DNA of 64,000 nucleotides from SAR202 cluster bacterium (GCA_016872285.1 VGZZ01000007.1:180-64179); one strand, 5' to 3'. Positions 26,392 to 36,075 are shown, counted from the first letter of the stretch. Made by a program: numbers and translations. The notes: generated by a model from the sequence alone, not told the origin.

Positions 26392-27202
26392 ATGGAGAAG
26401 GCATTCAAAGTATCGAAGGACATAGTAGCGCTGCCGTCAAATGTACCAATACCGGATATGGGCGTTTTGCCGGTGAACGCTTTTGTTATAAAGGCCAAGG
26501 AGCCGGTGCTGGTGGATACGGGGCTGGGCATGGAGAGCGAGGGGTTTATGAAGGCCTTGGAGTCGGTAATAGACCCGAAGGAGCTGCGGTGGGTATGGCT
26601 GACGCACGACGACCTGGACCACACCGGGAGCATTCAGCGGGTGCTAGAGGCGGCGCCGAAGGCCCGATTGGCCGCCCACCCTTTGGCGCCTTTGAGGATG
26701 AGCACAGCGTGGCAGGTGCCGATGCACAGGGTAAATTTTATAAACCCGGGCGACAGTCTATCGGTAGGGGACCGGAAGCTGACGGCGGTGAAGCCGCCGG
26801 TCTATGACAACCCGATGTCCACCGGCATTTATGACGACAAGAGCGGGGTGTTTTTCAGTGTGGAACTCCTTTGGAGCGATTCTGCCAGGGCCGGCCCAGA
26901 ATGCGTCTGACTACTCGGAGGGGGAGCTGGCGCGTGGGATGACGGAGTGGGCGACGGCGGACAGTCCGTGGCTGCACATGGTGGACCAGCGGAAGTTTGA
27001 GGAGAACCTGGACCGGATACGCAAGATGAGTCCTAGCATGATACTTTCGACGCACTTGCCGCCGGCGAAGGGTAAGTTGGAGCAGATGCTGAAGATTCTA
27101 GCGGGAACGCCGTCGGCGGAGCCGTTTGTGGGGCCGAACCAGGCGTACCTGGAAAGCCTGCTGGCTCGGATGAAGGAGGGGAGCGGGGCGGCAACGCGGT
27201 AG
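26392..27202 (+). pseudogene. MBL-fold metallo-hydrolase, frameshifted
   Basis: 'WLTHDDLDHTG' motif in ORF 26392..26910. The continuation '..SFGAILPG..' is in ORF 26804..27202. Removing one A at 26864/26865 gives '..GVFFSVDSFGAILPG..'. Confidence 0.7.
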
Positions 27203-27224
27203 AGGGTTAGACTACGAATAGATA

Positions 27225-27263
27225 AAATAAATGGGGCTGACGTGTCAGCCCCATTTATTTTTG
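27225..27263 (+). terminator. rho-independent terminator (bidirectional shape)
   Basis: AAATAAATGGGGCTGAC-gt-GTCAGCCCCATTTATTT followed by TTT, 23 nt after the MBL stop. Confidence 0.75.
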
Positions 27264-27420
27264 AAATGTGGGTTACGGTAGCAACCTCGCCACCTAATCC
27301 TACCCTCAGGAAGGACCAGAAGGGAGGCCGCCTATCTAACCTTACCTGCCGAGCGAGGGAAGGGAGGAAACTACTAGGGAAGCCCATTGCTTGGGCGGTG
27401 AAGCGAGGTTGGTAGTGGGC

Positions 27421-27480
27421 ACAGATTCTTCGGCTGCATCCCGACGAGTACATCGGGACTTCGCTCAGAATGACAAATTG
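27421..27480 (+). repeat. intergenic repeat, family C
   Basis: 'acagattcttcggctgcatcccgacgagtacatcgggacttcgctcagaatgacaaattg'. A second degenerate copy lies at 27509..27561. Confidence 0.85.
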
Positions 27481-27617
27481 TGTTGTTTATTAGCAACATG
27501 GGACGCGCTGTGACAGATGAGATGGGGGAGATTTTCTCGACTGGACTCGGAATGACAAATCTAGGGAAAGGGGCAGGCGTACACGCCCGCCCCTTGATTT
27601 TGCGAGGCCGAGGACTC

Positions 27618-28631
27618 TTACAGGTTGAACTGTGGGTCTACGTAGGAGTCGTCTTTTTGGTAGAACTGGATGCGGCCGCTGATGGACTCGATGACGAGGA
27701 GGCGGTTTTTGGAGTCGACGGCGACGGCGGTGGGTCGGCGGAAGGTCCACTCGAGGGAAGTGTCGGCGCGGCGGCGGGCTTTGACGAAGTCCGGGTTGGC
27801 GCTGATGAAGACGGTGGCGGACTTGGAGAGTTCGCGGGCGTCACCGTAGAAGGAGGTTAGGTATTCGCCGTCCTTGTCGTAGGCGTTGACGCGGTTGTTG
27901 CCCCAGTCGGCGACATATACGTCGCCGTCCTTATCGGTGGCGACGCCGGTGGGGTGCTTCAAGGGGCCGGGGCCGGAGGCGCCGAACTGGGCGACGAAGC
28001 GGCCATCAGGAGTGAGTTTTTGGACTCGATTGTTACCCCAGTCGGCGACGAAGAGGTGGCTTTCGGAATCGATGTGGAGGCCGGCGGGGAGGTTAAACTG
28101 CCCGGGGCCGGAGCCGGCCTGGCCGAACATGGATATGAACTTGCCGTCCTTGGAGAGCTTCTGGATGCGGTTGTTGCGGCTCTCGACGACGTGAAGATTA
28201 CCGTCGTCGTCAAATCGGATGCCGGCGGGGCCGTCGAGCTGGCCGCTGGCCTTACCGGTGGCACCCCACTTTCGGGCATACTTGCCGTCTTTGGAGAAGA
28301 CGGAGATGCGGTTGAGGTGCTCATCGGCGACATAGACATCGCCGTTTTTGTCGAGGGCGAGGGAGGAGGGCCAGAGGAACTGGTCGTCGCCATCGCCGGG
28401 GGAGCCGGAGTCTTTGATGAGGACGTCTTTTTCCAGGTCCCACTTGGTCAGCCGCTGGCCCGCGCCGAACTGGCTGCCGGGGTCGCCGCCGCGGCTGATG
28501 ACGTAGGCGGTGTCTTTCTGGCCGATGGTTTCGCCGAGGACGATGTCGTTGGGGCCAGTCCAGGCGAAGAGGGAGCCGACGCAGTGGGAGTAGGTGTAGG
28601 TGCGGTTTGCGGCTAAGGTAGTGAGGGGCAT
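27618..28631 (-). CDS. NHL-repeat beta-propeller protein
   Basis: 337 aa with six repeats of the 'P.G...D.dG.vyVaD..NnRv' type. Confidence 0.85.
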   Translation of the reverse strand: MPLTTLAANRTYTYSHCVGSLFAWTGPNDIVLGETIGQKDTAYVISRGGDPGSQFGAGQRLTKWDLEKDVLIKDSGSPGDGDDQFLWPSSLALDKNGDVYVADEHLNRISVFSKDGKYARKWGATGKASGQLDGPAGIRFDDDGNLHVVESRNNRIQKLSKDGKFISMFGQAGSGPGQFNLPAGLHIDSESHLFVADWGNNRVQKLTPDGRFVAQFGASGPGPLKHPTGVATDKDGDVYVADWGNNRVNAYDKDGEYLTSFYGDARELSKSATVFISANPDFVKARRRADTSLEWTFRRPTAVAVDSKNRLLVIESISGRIQFYQKDDSYVDPQFNL

Positions 28632-28687
28632 GGGGGTTTGTCTCCTTTGCGGTGGGTTTCTTTAAAAATGCTCGCCTGTCTTTGGTC

Positions 28688-28845
28688 GGGATACCATCTC
28701 ACCCTTTATCCCTCTCTTCCTGCTGGAAGAGAGGGAAAGAAAAAAGATTCACCACAACCCCCTCTAACTCCCCCTTCGCCTTCCAGGCCGAAGGGGGAGA
28801 ACCTGAGGAGACTACCAGAGCCCCAGCCCCCTCAGGGGAAAAGGA
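28688..28845 (+). repeat. mosaic hairpin repeat, family B
   Basis: Head 'gggataccatctcaccc', then 'cctctaactcccccttcgccttccaggccgaagggggag', then 'acctgaggag'. Confidence 0.85.
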
Positions 28846-28850
28846 GATTT

Positions 28851-30266
28851 TTAGCAGAACTGGAATTCGCGGGTGGCGGCGATGAGCTGGAGGGTCTCTG
28901 TGACCCGCTGGGTGAAGGCGCGCTTCTCTGCCTCCGTCTTGCCGCGCTTTAGGGGGCCGCCGGACTTGATGTGTTCCACCAATTCCTTTCGGGTGCCATC
29001 CTGGAGCCTCACGGCGCCTAAAAGCTCAAGGCAGCCGTCGAGAAGCTCCTCGGGGGCGAGGGTTGCCTTGGAAGCGAGCCGCTGAATAATAGAGTGGACG
29101 CCGGGATTGGAGGCGTTTCCAAGGCGGTCGGCCATGAAGTTTACCCGTCGTACCAGGGCGCTGGTGTCGATCCATTCATGGCCGGTGTGCCAGCCCTCCA
29201 CCGAGGGCGGATTAATCAGCTCCTGGCCCTGGTAGGCGTTCTCCAGCGCCAGCATCATCAGGCCCGGCTTTAGCTGCTGGAAGTCGCCGATGAGGCGGGT
29301 AGTGCCCACCACAACCTCCGCGGGGTTCTTCACTTTGGCGAACCAGACCTTTTCGCTCTTGAAGAAGTCGGAGTTGAAGATGAAGCGCAGGGTGGGCTTC
29401 ATCTCGAATTTACTCTTGACGAAGACGTCGGCGATGGCCTGGACAGCCTTGGCGTCGCGGGGCGCCTCATCCTTCCAGGAGGGCACCTGGACTTCGTCGG
29501 CGACGAAGAAGTTGTATAGGTGCCGTGCGATGAATTTGGCGGTGGCGGGCTGCTCCAGGACAATATTTATGATGTCCTCGCCGTTGAAGCGGCCCTTCTT
29601 GCCGAGGAAGGTCTTCTCGGAATCGTCGTGGTCTTCCGGCCTGTACTCGAACTCCCAGTAGTAGCGGCCGTAGGGAGCGCGAGGGAGCTTGGGCTTGATG
29701 GTCCAGCCGGTGAAGGCCCTAGCGGCCATCTTGACGTCGTCCTCGGAGTAGTTGCCCTGGCCCATGGAGAACAGCTCCAGCAATTCGCGGCCCCAGTTTT
29801 CGTTGGGGGCGTGCTTATGGCTCTGATTGTTGTCCAACCAGTAGATCATAGCGGGGTCTTTGGAGAGACGGACGAGGAGGTCGCGGTAGCTGCCGAGGCC
29901 GTGCTTTCGGAACATATCGATCTGGCGGACCATCTCGGTGGGGTTGTCGATCTTGGAGTTGCCGGTGGCGAAGACCATGTGCCAGAAGAGGACCATTTTC
30001 TCTTCCAGAGGGCGCTTGGTGTTAATGAGGTGGTACATCCAGGTAAGCTGGCCGAGGGGCGGGTTGCCAGGGACTTCGTTCTGGGGGTTGTATCGATAAA
30101 AGAGATCGGTGTCAGTGGGGGGGATAGCGTGGGCGTCGGGGTCCAAGAGTTCGTCAACGGTCTTTTGGTAACCCTTCTTGACACGCGTTTCGAGCTCTTG
30201 ATAGTCAGCGCCGAAGCCGGCGCGGCGCATGAGGTGGGCCATGAGGGCTATATCTTGGCTAGGCAT
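28851..30266 (-). CDS. DUF1800 domain protein
   Basis: 'MPSQDIALMAHLMRRAGFGA' is a typical DUF1800 start. ATG 30264-30266 with AAGGAG upstream. The track's extension was rejected. Confidence 0.8.
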   Translation of the reverse strand: MPSQDIALMAHLMRRAGFGADYQELETRVKKGYQKTVDELLDPDAHAIPPTDTDLFYRYNPQNEVPGNPPLGQLTWMYHLINTKRPLEEKMVLFWHMVFATGNSKIDNPTEMVRQIDMFRKHGLGSYRDLLVRLSKDPAMIYWLDNNQSHKHAPNENWGRELLELFSMGQGNYSEDDVKMAARAFTGWTIKPKLPRAPYGRYYWEFEYRPEDHDDSEKTFLGKKGRFNGEDIINIVLEQPATAKFIARHLYNFFVADEVQVPSWKDEAPRDAKAVQAIADVFVKSKFEMKPTLRFIFNSDFFKSEKVWFAKVKNPAEVVVGTTRLIGDFQQLKPGLMMLALENAYQGQELINPPSVEGWHTGHEWIDTSALVRRVNFMADRLGNASNPGVHSIIQRLASKATLAPEELLDGCLELLGAVRLQDGTRKELVEHIKSGGPLKRGKTEAEKRAFTQRVTETLQLIAATREFQFC

Positions 30267-30485
30267 AGGCTGCTCCTTAGGAGGTGGTGGCAACCAGGGG
30301 ACGAGGCAAAAGCTAGCACTATTGCTATTTGGTGTCAATGGGAGGGGTAATTAGTGGCGGTATAGCAGCAATTCGTCATAAAGATTACGCTTTTCGGTTT
30401 AGTTAGCAGAAAGTGTTACGTTGTGTGAATTGGGCGTCTATTTTGGCGCCAGGCACATTCAGAGATAAGGCGTGTCTTGCGCTAT

Positions 30486-30775
30486 GGGATACCATTTCCC
30501 TGGCCCCTTCCTAATGACGTGTATTGATAATACATACCTGGTCATAAACGGAAGGACCTCATCACCCTTAATCCCTCTTCTCCTTTCTGAGAAGAGGGAA
30601 GGGGAAATAAGGAACCACAACCCCCTCCTTCGATCCGCCAGAGGCGGACTCAGGACGGTCCGATTGCATCGGACTCCGCGATATATGCTTTAAGGTAGCA
30701 GAGCGTCTGGCTCCCCCTTCGTCCCTCGGGGGATACTCGGGACAGGCTCTTTCAGGCCGAAGGGGGAGTACCATG
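30486..30775 (+). repeat. compound nested repeat (family B modules + family C modules)
   Basis: Family B head with a palindromic insert in its first hairpin loop ('taatgacgtgtattgataatacatacctggtcataa'), then family C pieces ('cttcgatccgccagaggcggactcagg','ggtccgattgcatcggactcc'), then a family B hairpin. Confidence 0.8.
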
Positions 30776-30984
30776 CAGAGGCCCCCAATCCCTACCTGTG
30801 CAAAGGCTCGTGGTTTCCCATAATCAAGCCCATCGTAGAAGAAAAGGAGGACTCCTGACTTCCTTTAACGTGCATCACATGTCTTCTGGAATGAGAAGAG
30901 AAAGTAAAATCACCTCATCATCCCCCAGCCTCTTTCACGACTGTTATCGGGACCGATCCGCCACGGCGGACTCGAGATGACGTG

Positions 30985-31875
30985 TTACTTGTCGGCGGAC
31001 TTGTACCAGTCCAGGATTTGGGAGCCTGTCCAAAAGAGGACGCCGTCATGGCCTTTTAGGTATTGGATAAGGCGGTCGAAGTAGGCGATGCGATGGGGGA
31101 CGCCGGTGATGTAGGGATGGGTGGCGACGGCCATGACGCGGGCGCTGGCGGCGCCTTCTTTGTAGAGGGTCTCGAAGTGCTCGCGGGCGCGGTCGAAGAG
31201 TTCGGGGGAGCGGTGGTGCTGGATGAGGTAGATGGGGATGTCGTTAAGCTCCACGGTGTAGGGGATGGAGTAGAGGCTGCCCTTCTTAACTTTCATCTTG
31301 TAGGGCTGGTCGTCGTTGACCCAGTCGCAGACGTACTCGATGCCTTCCTCGGCCAGGATATCGGGGGTGTTAAAGGTCTCGGCGAGGCCGGGTCCCATCC
31401 AGCCGCGGGGGGCCTTGCCCGTCTTGCGCTTGATGACGTCGATCGTCCGTCGGATGACGGCGCGCTCGTCCTTTTCCAGGTTGATGGCGCGCTGCATGAA
31501 GCCGTGAGCAAGGATTTCCCAGCCGCTTTTAACGCTGTCGTCGACGATGCGGGGGTAAGAGTCGCAGATGCTGCCGTTGAGGCTGAGGGTGGCTTTGACG
31601 CCGTGGCGGTCCAAAACGTCCTTGATTCGCCAGAAGCCGACTCGGAGGCCATAGTCGAACCAGGAGTAGTTGGGGATGTCAGGGATGACGGAGACGCCCT
31701 GGGGGGTGGGAAGGACGGTGCGAGGCATGGGGCCGTTGATGTCCCACTCCTCCACGTTGACGATGGGGAAGATGACGATTCGCGCGCCGTCAGGGAGCTT
31801 GAGGGGAGGACGGCTGGTGATGGGGGAGTAGCGGGCGCGGGGGTTGGCGCCGGAGGGGTCTCTGGGGGCGGGCAT
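30985..31875 (-). CDS. polysaccharide deacetylase family protein (PuuE/allantoinase-like)
   Basis: 296 aa from ATG 31873-31875 (AGGAGCCGCCCC-ATG), with 'FPIVNVEEW' and 'HGF.Q'. Confidence 0.75.
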   Translation of the reverse strand: MPAPRDPSGANPRARYSPITSRPPLKLPDGARIVIFPIVNVEEWDINGPMPRTVLPTPQGVSVIPDIPNYSWFDYGLRVGFWRIKDVLDRHGVKATLSLNGSICDSYPRIVDDSVKSGWEILAHGFMQRAINLEKDERAVIRRTIDVIKRKTGKAPRGWMGPGLAETFNTPDILAEEGIEYVCDWVNDDQPYKMKVKKGSLYSIPYTVELNDIPIYLIQHHRSPELFDRAREHFETLYKEGAASARVMAVATHPYITGVPHRIAYFDRLIQYLKGHDGVLFWTGSQILDWYKSADK

Positions 31876-32087
31876 GGGGCGGCTCCTAGGGGAGATGGTG
31901 AGGGTAGTGTAGGGAGGGGGAGGGAGGGAGGTCAAATGGAGGGCGGTGAAGGGTAGATAGCAAAGAGGGTTGGCCTTAATGCCCTTATCGTATATCCAGG
32001 GTATATCCCTCATCCCAACCTTCTCACGCAAGGACGGGGGTTGCTAGTTGTTCTAGAAGCCTAAGGAGTAAAGCTCTAGTGATAGCT

Positions 32088-32212
32088 GGCATTGATAAAG
32101 TATCGTAGCGCTAGGGTTTCACCCTCATCCTTCGCCTTCCCCTCCCGATTGGCATCGGGATCTCGTTTGTATGGGGCAAGCAGCTCGACATCAAGGGGGA
32201 AGGAATTTTCTC
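32088..32212 (+). repeat. hairpin repeat, family A variant
   Basis: 'ggcattgataaagtatcgtagcgctagggtttcaccctcatcc..cccgattggcatcggga..gggggaaggaattttc'. Confidence 0.8.
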
Positions 32213-32342
32213 AGTGGCAGTCAGTCCTCTCAGCCCACATGGAATCTGAACTAGCAACAGGCGTCATCAAGGGAGAGAAGAGAATGAGAAAGGCTCATAG
32301 TGCGAGGATATAATAGACAGATGCCTTAATGGAGAGAAAGAC

Positions 32343-32564
32343 ATGGAAGAGGAACGAAAGAGAAAATGGAAGCCACCTAAGTTTGAGGACTTTACCTTTA
32401 TCGCATCTGGGAGGAGCGAACCGTCTGACGAGGACCCAATCTCTGAAAACCACGACGAGGCGCTTGCCAAGGACCTTTACGAAGAGATGATGGAGAAAAG
32501 ACAGGAGTGGGAAGAGTGGGAAAGGGAAAAACAAAATCGTAAAGATGCTGAAACCAAAAATTAA
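32343..32564 (+). CDS. hypothetical acidic/charged small protein
   Basis: 73 aa, Glu/Lys/Trp-rich, in an AT-richer patch. No motif recognised. Confidence 0.35.
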   Translation: MEEERKRKWKPPKFEDFTFIASGRSEPSDEDPISENHDEALAKDLYEEMMEKRQEWEEWEREKQNRKDAETKN

Positions 32565-32588
32565 GGGTTAGGTGCTAAGGAGGAGAGC

Positions 32589-32882
32589 TTGTCTATTGAA
32601 CTCGCGGAGGGCCTGGGGCTGGCGGCCGGGGTGATGACGACGTCAAGTTTTATACCGCAGATTATTCGTATATTTAGATTAAAGAGCGCGAATGACATCA
32701 GCCTGCATTTTTCTTTCTTGCTGATGGCGGGATTTGTAGTGTGGATTGTTTATGGAGTTATGGACGGCCTGTTTCCGATAATTTTCTGGAACTCGCTCAA
32801 CATGGTATTTATATCAATCATTCTTTTCGGACAGTTCAAGTTTAAGAAAAACAAGCAGGGTCAGAATGGACCTACAGCTTAG
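32589..32882 (+). CDS. SemiSWEET / PQ-loop sugar transporter
   Basis: 97 aa with 3 TM and a 'FIPQIIRIFRLKSANDIS' PQ motif. TTG start after AAGGAGGAG. Confidence 0.8.
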   Translation: MSIELAEGLGLAAGVMTTSSFIPQIIRIFRLKSANDISLHFSFLLMAGFVVWIVYGVMDGLFPIIFWNSLNMVFISIILFGQFKFKKNKQGQNGPTA

Positions 32883-33666
32883 AGGCAAGCGGGCGCTGGT
32901 GACAGGCAGCACCCGAGGCATTGGCGCGGCGATAGCGAAGGCGCTGGCGTGGGCGGGCGCGTCAGTGGTGGTGCACGGGCGGGATAGGGAGGCGGCGAAG
33001 CGGGTGGTGAGGGAGATTGGGTCTGCCAAGGGGAAGGCCTTTGTGTCGCTGGGAGACCTGTCAGTGGATGTAGAGGCGGAGCGGGTGGCGGAGGAGGCGG
33101 AGTCGTCGATGGGAGGCGTCGATATATTAGTGAACAACGCGGGGATTTATCCGAGCCGGGACTGGTGGCGTGCCAAGCCTGAGGAGTGGGCCGACATTTA
33201 TAACACCAACGTAGTATCAATAGTGCGGGTGGTGCATCGGCTGGCGCCGTCGATGAAAGAGCGAGGGTGGGGACGAATCATAAATATTGGGAGCGGGGCG
33301 GCGCTGCAGCCTTCGCTGGCGATGCCGGACTTTTCGGCCACCAAGGCGGCGACGGTGAACCTGACGGTAAGCCTGAGCAGGGAGTTGGCTGGGAGCGGCG
33401 TAACGGTAAACACCATCAGCCCCGGGCCGATTTTTACGGAGGGCGTAGAGGAGTTTTACAGAGCCGTTGCGAGAGAGAGGGGATGGGCCCTAGAGTGGTC
33501 CGAGATTGAACGGAGGGTGATGGAGGAGATGCTGCCGAATTCGGTGGGGAGGTTTGGCCGGGTGGAGGAGGTGGCGGCGCTGGCGGCGTTTGTGGCCAGC
33601 CCTCTGGCGGGGTTTATCAACGGAGCGAATTTGCGGATAGACGGCGGGACGATTAGGACGATTTGA
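32866..33666 (+). CDS. SDR family oxidoreductase
   Basis: 266 aa with 'VTGSTRGIG', 'NNAG' and a 'S...Y..SK'-type catalytic region ('FSATKAA'). Confidence 0.9.
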   Translation: MDLQLRGKRALVTGSTRGIGAAIAKALAWAGASVVVHGRDREAAKRVVREIGSAKGKAFVSLGDLSVDVEAERVAEEAESSMGGVDILVNNAGIYPSRDWWRAKPEEWADIYNTNVVSIVRVVHRLAPSMKERGWGRIINIGSGAALQPSLAMPDFSATKAATVNLTVSLSRELAGSGVTVNTISPGPIFTEGVEEFYRAVARERGWALEWSEIERRVMEEMLPNSVGRFGRVEEVAALAAFVASPLAGFINGANLRIDGGTIRTI

Positions 33667-33715
33667 GAGTCATAAGCAAAGCCAAATTTATGCAAAAAGA
33701 AACCATTTCTCACGC

Positions 33716-33862
33716 GGGATACCTTCATCCCCTGGCCCCTTCTTCCCGCGGGAAGAAGGGGCCGAGAAAAAATTGCACCAATTCCCCCTCTAACTCCCCC
33801 TTTTCCGCACGAGGAAAATGGGTAGAACCAGATGGGAAGGGCGAGGTGACCTCGCCCCTACG
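33716..33862 (+). repeat. mosaic hairpin repeat, family B plus 'gggcgaggtgacctcgcccctac' module
   Basis: Head 'gggataccttcatcccctggcccc', hairpins, 'accagatggg', then the GC hairpin also seen at 10520, 21241, 46066 and 55505. Confidence 0.85.
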
Positions 33863-33947
33863 TTACCAGGCGGGGCGGGACGGCAGATGGCGAGAGCGAG
33901 GTTGCAGACAGACAAGATTGTTCACTTCGTTCAGAATGACATAGGGT

Positions 33948-35759
33948 ATGGGAATACTTTTTCGGATACTGGGGCAGGTGTACCGGCGGCATCGGTGGCG
34001 GGTGCTGGCGGGGTATGGAGCGGTGGTGCTGGCGTCGCTGTCGGCGCTGGCGATACCCAGCGTGCTGGGGGACGCGGTGAACCGAGTTTTGGGGGATAGC
34101 GATACGAGCACGTCTATGCTGTACCTGCTGGCGCTGGTGGTGCTGCTGGCGGGGGCGGCGCGCGGGCTGTTTTCGCTGGGGCAGATGTATATTGGCGACA
34201 GCATCGCGCAGAGGTACGCCTACGAGCTGCGGAACGAGTTCTTCGCCAAGCTGCAGGACCTGAGCTTCGGGTTCCACGACAAGCAGAAGACAGGCGTGCT
34301 CATGTCCAGGGCCACGTCGGACGTGGACGGGGTGCGGCAGTTCATCACCCAGGGCGCCATACGTCTGGGGTTCATTGTGGCGATGGTGGGGGGAATCGCG
34401 ATAGCCATGCTGCTGACGGACGTGACGCTGGCGGTGGTGAGCCTGGCCTTTGTGCCGTTCCTTATCTGGCGGGCCATAGCCACCAGCCAGCATTTGCGGA
34501 AGGGATGGATGAAGGTGCAGCAGCACACGGGGCAGATGGCGGCGGTGCTGCAGGAGAACCTGACGGGAAATCGAGTGGTGAAGGCTTTTGGGGGGGAGCC
34601 GTACGAGATTGAAAAGTTCAACACCCGTTCGTCGGCGGTGGCGAGGGAGGGGTACATGGTGGACCGAGACTGGGCGAAGAACTTTTCGATTATGAACTTC
34701 GGGTTCCTGGCGTCGATGGGGGTGGTGCTGTGGGTCGGGGGGATGGAGGTCATCGAAGGCCGTCAGGTGGTGGACGGGGCGCCGAGGTACACCGGGCTGA
34801 CGCCGGGAGAACTGACGGCGTTTATTTTCTACCTGGGGCTGCTGTCCATGCCGGTGAGAATGTCGGGATGGATGGTGAACAGCATATCGAGGGCGATATC
34901 GTGCGGACAGCGGCTCTTCGAGATTATCGATACCGAGACAGAGGTGAAGGAGCGGCCGGGGGCAAAGGAGGTGGGTAGGGCTGAGGGCCGGGTGAGGTTC
35001 GAGGGGGTGACCTTTGGGTACGAGGGCGGGCCGCCGGCGATAAAGGACCTGAATTTAACGGTGGAGGCGGGGCAGCGGGTGGCACTGATGGGGCAGGCGG
35101 GGAGCGGGAAGTCGACGCTGGCGCACTTGCTGCTGCGGTTTTATGACGTGGACGCCGGCAGGATAACCATTGACGGGGTGGACGTGCGTGAGGTGACACT
35201 GGGGTCGCTGCGGCGGAACGTAGGGATTGTGCAGCAGGACGTATTTGTCCACGCCATGAGCGTGAAGAACAATATCGCTTTCGGGAGGCCGGAGGCGGGG
35301 ATGGAGGAGATTTTACACGCGGCCAAGGTGGCGCAGCTACATGATTTCATCGAGTCGCTGCCGCAGGGGTATGAGACGATGGTGGGGGAGCGAGGCATCA
35401 CGCTGTCGGGGGGGCAGAAGCAGAGGCTGGCCATCGCGCGGACGCTGGTAGTGGACCCGCCGGTGCTGATCCTGGACGATTCGACGTCCAGCGTGGATGC
35501 GCAGACGGACTATATGCTGCATCGGGCGCTGCAGGAGGCGACACGAAATCGGACCACGTTTATTATCACGCATCGGCTGAACGCGATAAGGGACGCGGAT
35601 ATGATTGTGGTGTTCAGGGAGGGGCAGGTAGTGGAACGGGGGACGCATGAGGAGCTATTGGCGCGGGGAGGGGAGTACGCGGATATATATGAGTACCAGT
35701 TGAGGCCGCAGGAGGAGGCGAGGCGGGTAGAGGTAGCGGATGGAGGAGGGGAAGGATGA
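33948..35759 (+). CDS. ABC transporter permease/ATPase (exporter half, MdlA-like)
   Basis: 603 aa with an N-terminal 6-TM domain, Walker A 'GQAGSGKST', signature 'LSGGQKQR' and Walker B 'LILDD'. Confidence 0.9.
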   Translation: MGILFRILGQVYRRHRWRVLAGYGAVVLASLSALAIPSVLGDAVNRVLGDSDTSTSMLYLLALVVLLAGAARGLFSLGQMYIGDSIAQRYAYELRNEFFAKLQDLSFGFHDKQKTGVLMSRATSDVDGVRQFITQGAIRLGFIVAMVGGIAIAMLLTDVTLAVVSLAFVPFLIWRAIATSQHLRKGWMKVQQHTGQMAAVLQENLTGNRVVKAFGGEPYEIEKFNTRSSAVAREGYMVDRDWAKNFSIMNFGFLASMGVVLWVGGMEVIEGRQVVDGAPRYTGLTPGELTAFIFYLGLLSMPVRMSGWMVNSISRAISCGQRLFEIIDTETEVKERPGAKEVGRAEGRVRFEGVTFGYEGGPPAIKDLNLTVEAGQRVALMGQAGSGKSTLAHLLLRFYDVDAGRITIDGVDVREVTLGSLRRNVGIVQQDVFVHAMSVKNNIAFGRPEAGMEEILHAAKVAQLHDFIESLPQGYETMVGERGITLSGGQKQRLAIARTLVVDPPVLILDDSTSSVDAQTDYMLHRALQEATRNRTTFIITHRLNAIRDADMIVVFREGQVVERGTHEELLARGGEYADIYEYQLRPQEEARRVEVADGGGEG

Positions 35760-35814
35760 AGAGTTTTATTTGTTTAAAGATGGCAGTTAGGAGACTCCAC
35801 CCTGCCGACACACC

Positions 35815-35962
35815 GACCCCCCATCTTAATCTTCCCCCCTTGAGGGGGAAGAAATTGGAGAGAGGCGGAGAGGCGGATGGTTGGTCTAATGAGTGTTTTG
35901 TATTTCCAGGGTTTACCCCTCATCCTACGCCTTCTCCCGCAAGGGGAGAAGGAATTTTCTTG
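35815..35962 (+). repeat. compound repeat inserted between the two ABC exporter genes
   Basis: 'cttcccccct tgagggggaag' hairpin plus a family A variant: 'ccagggtttacccctcatcctacgccttctcccgcaaggggagaaggaattttct'. Confidence 0.8.
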
Positions 35963-36075
35963 GAGCTAGTCGGACCTTACATACATTACGTACCTCGATT
36001 GGCACCAGGCATTCAAAGGGGAAAAGAGCCAGAAGGAACACCCGTCAGAGTGGTGGATGGGGGAGGGCAGTCCTG

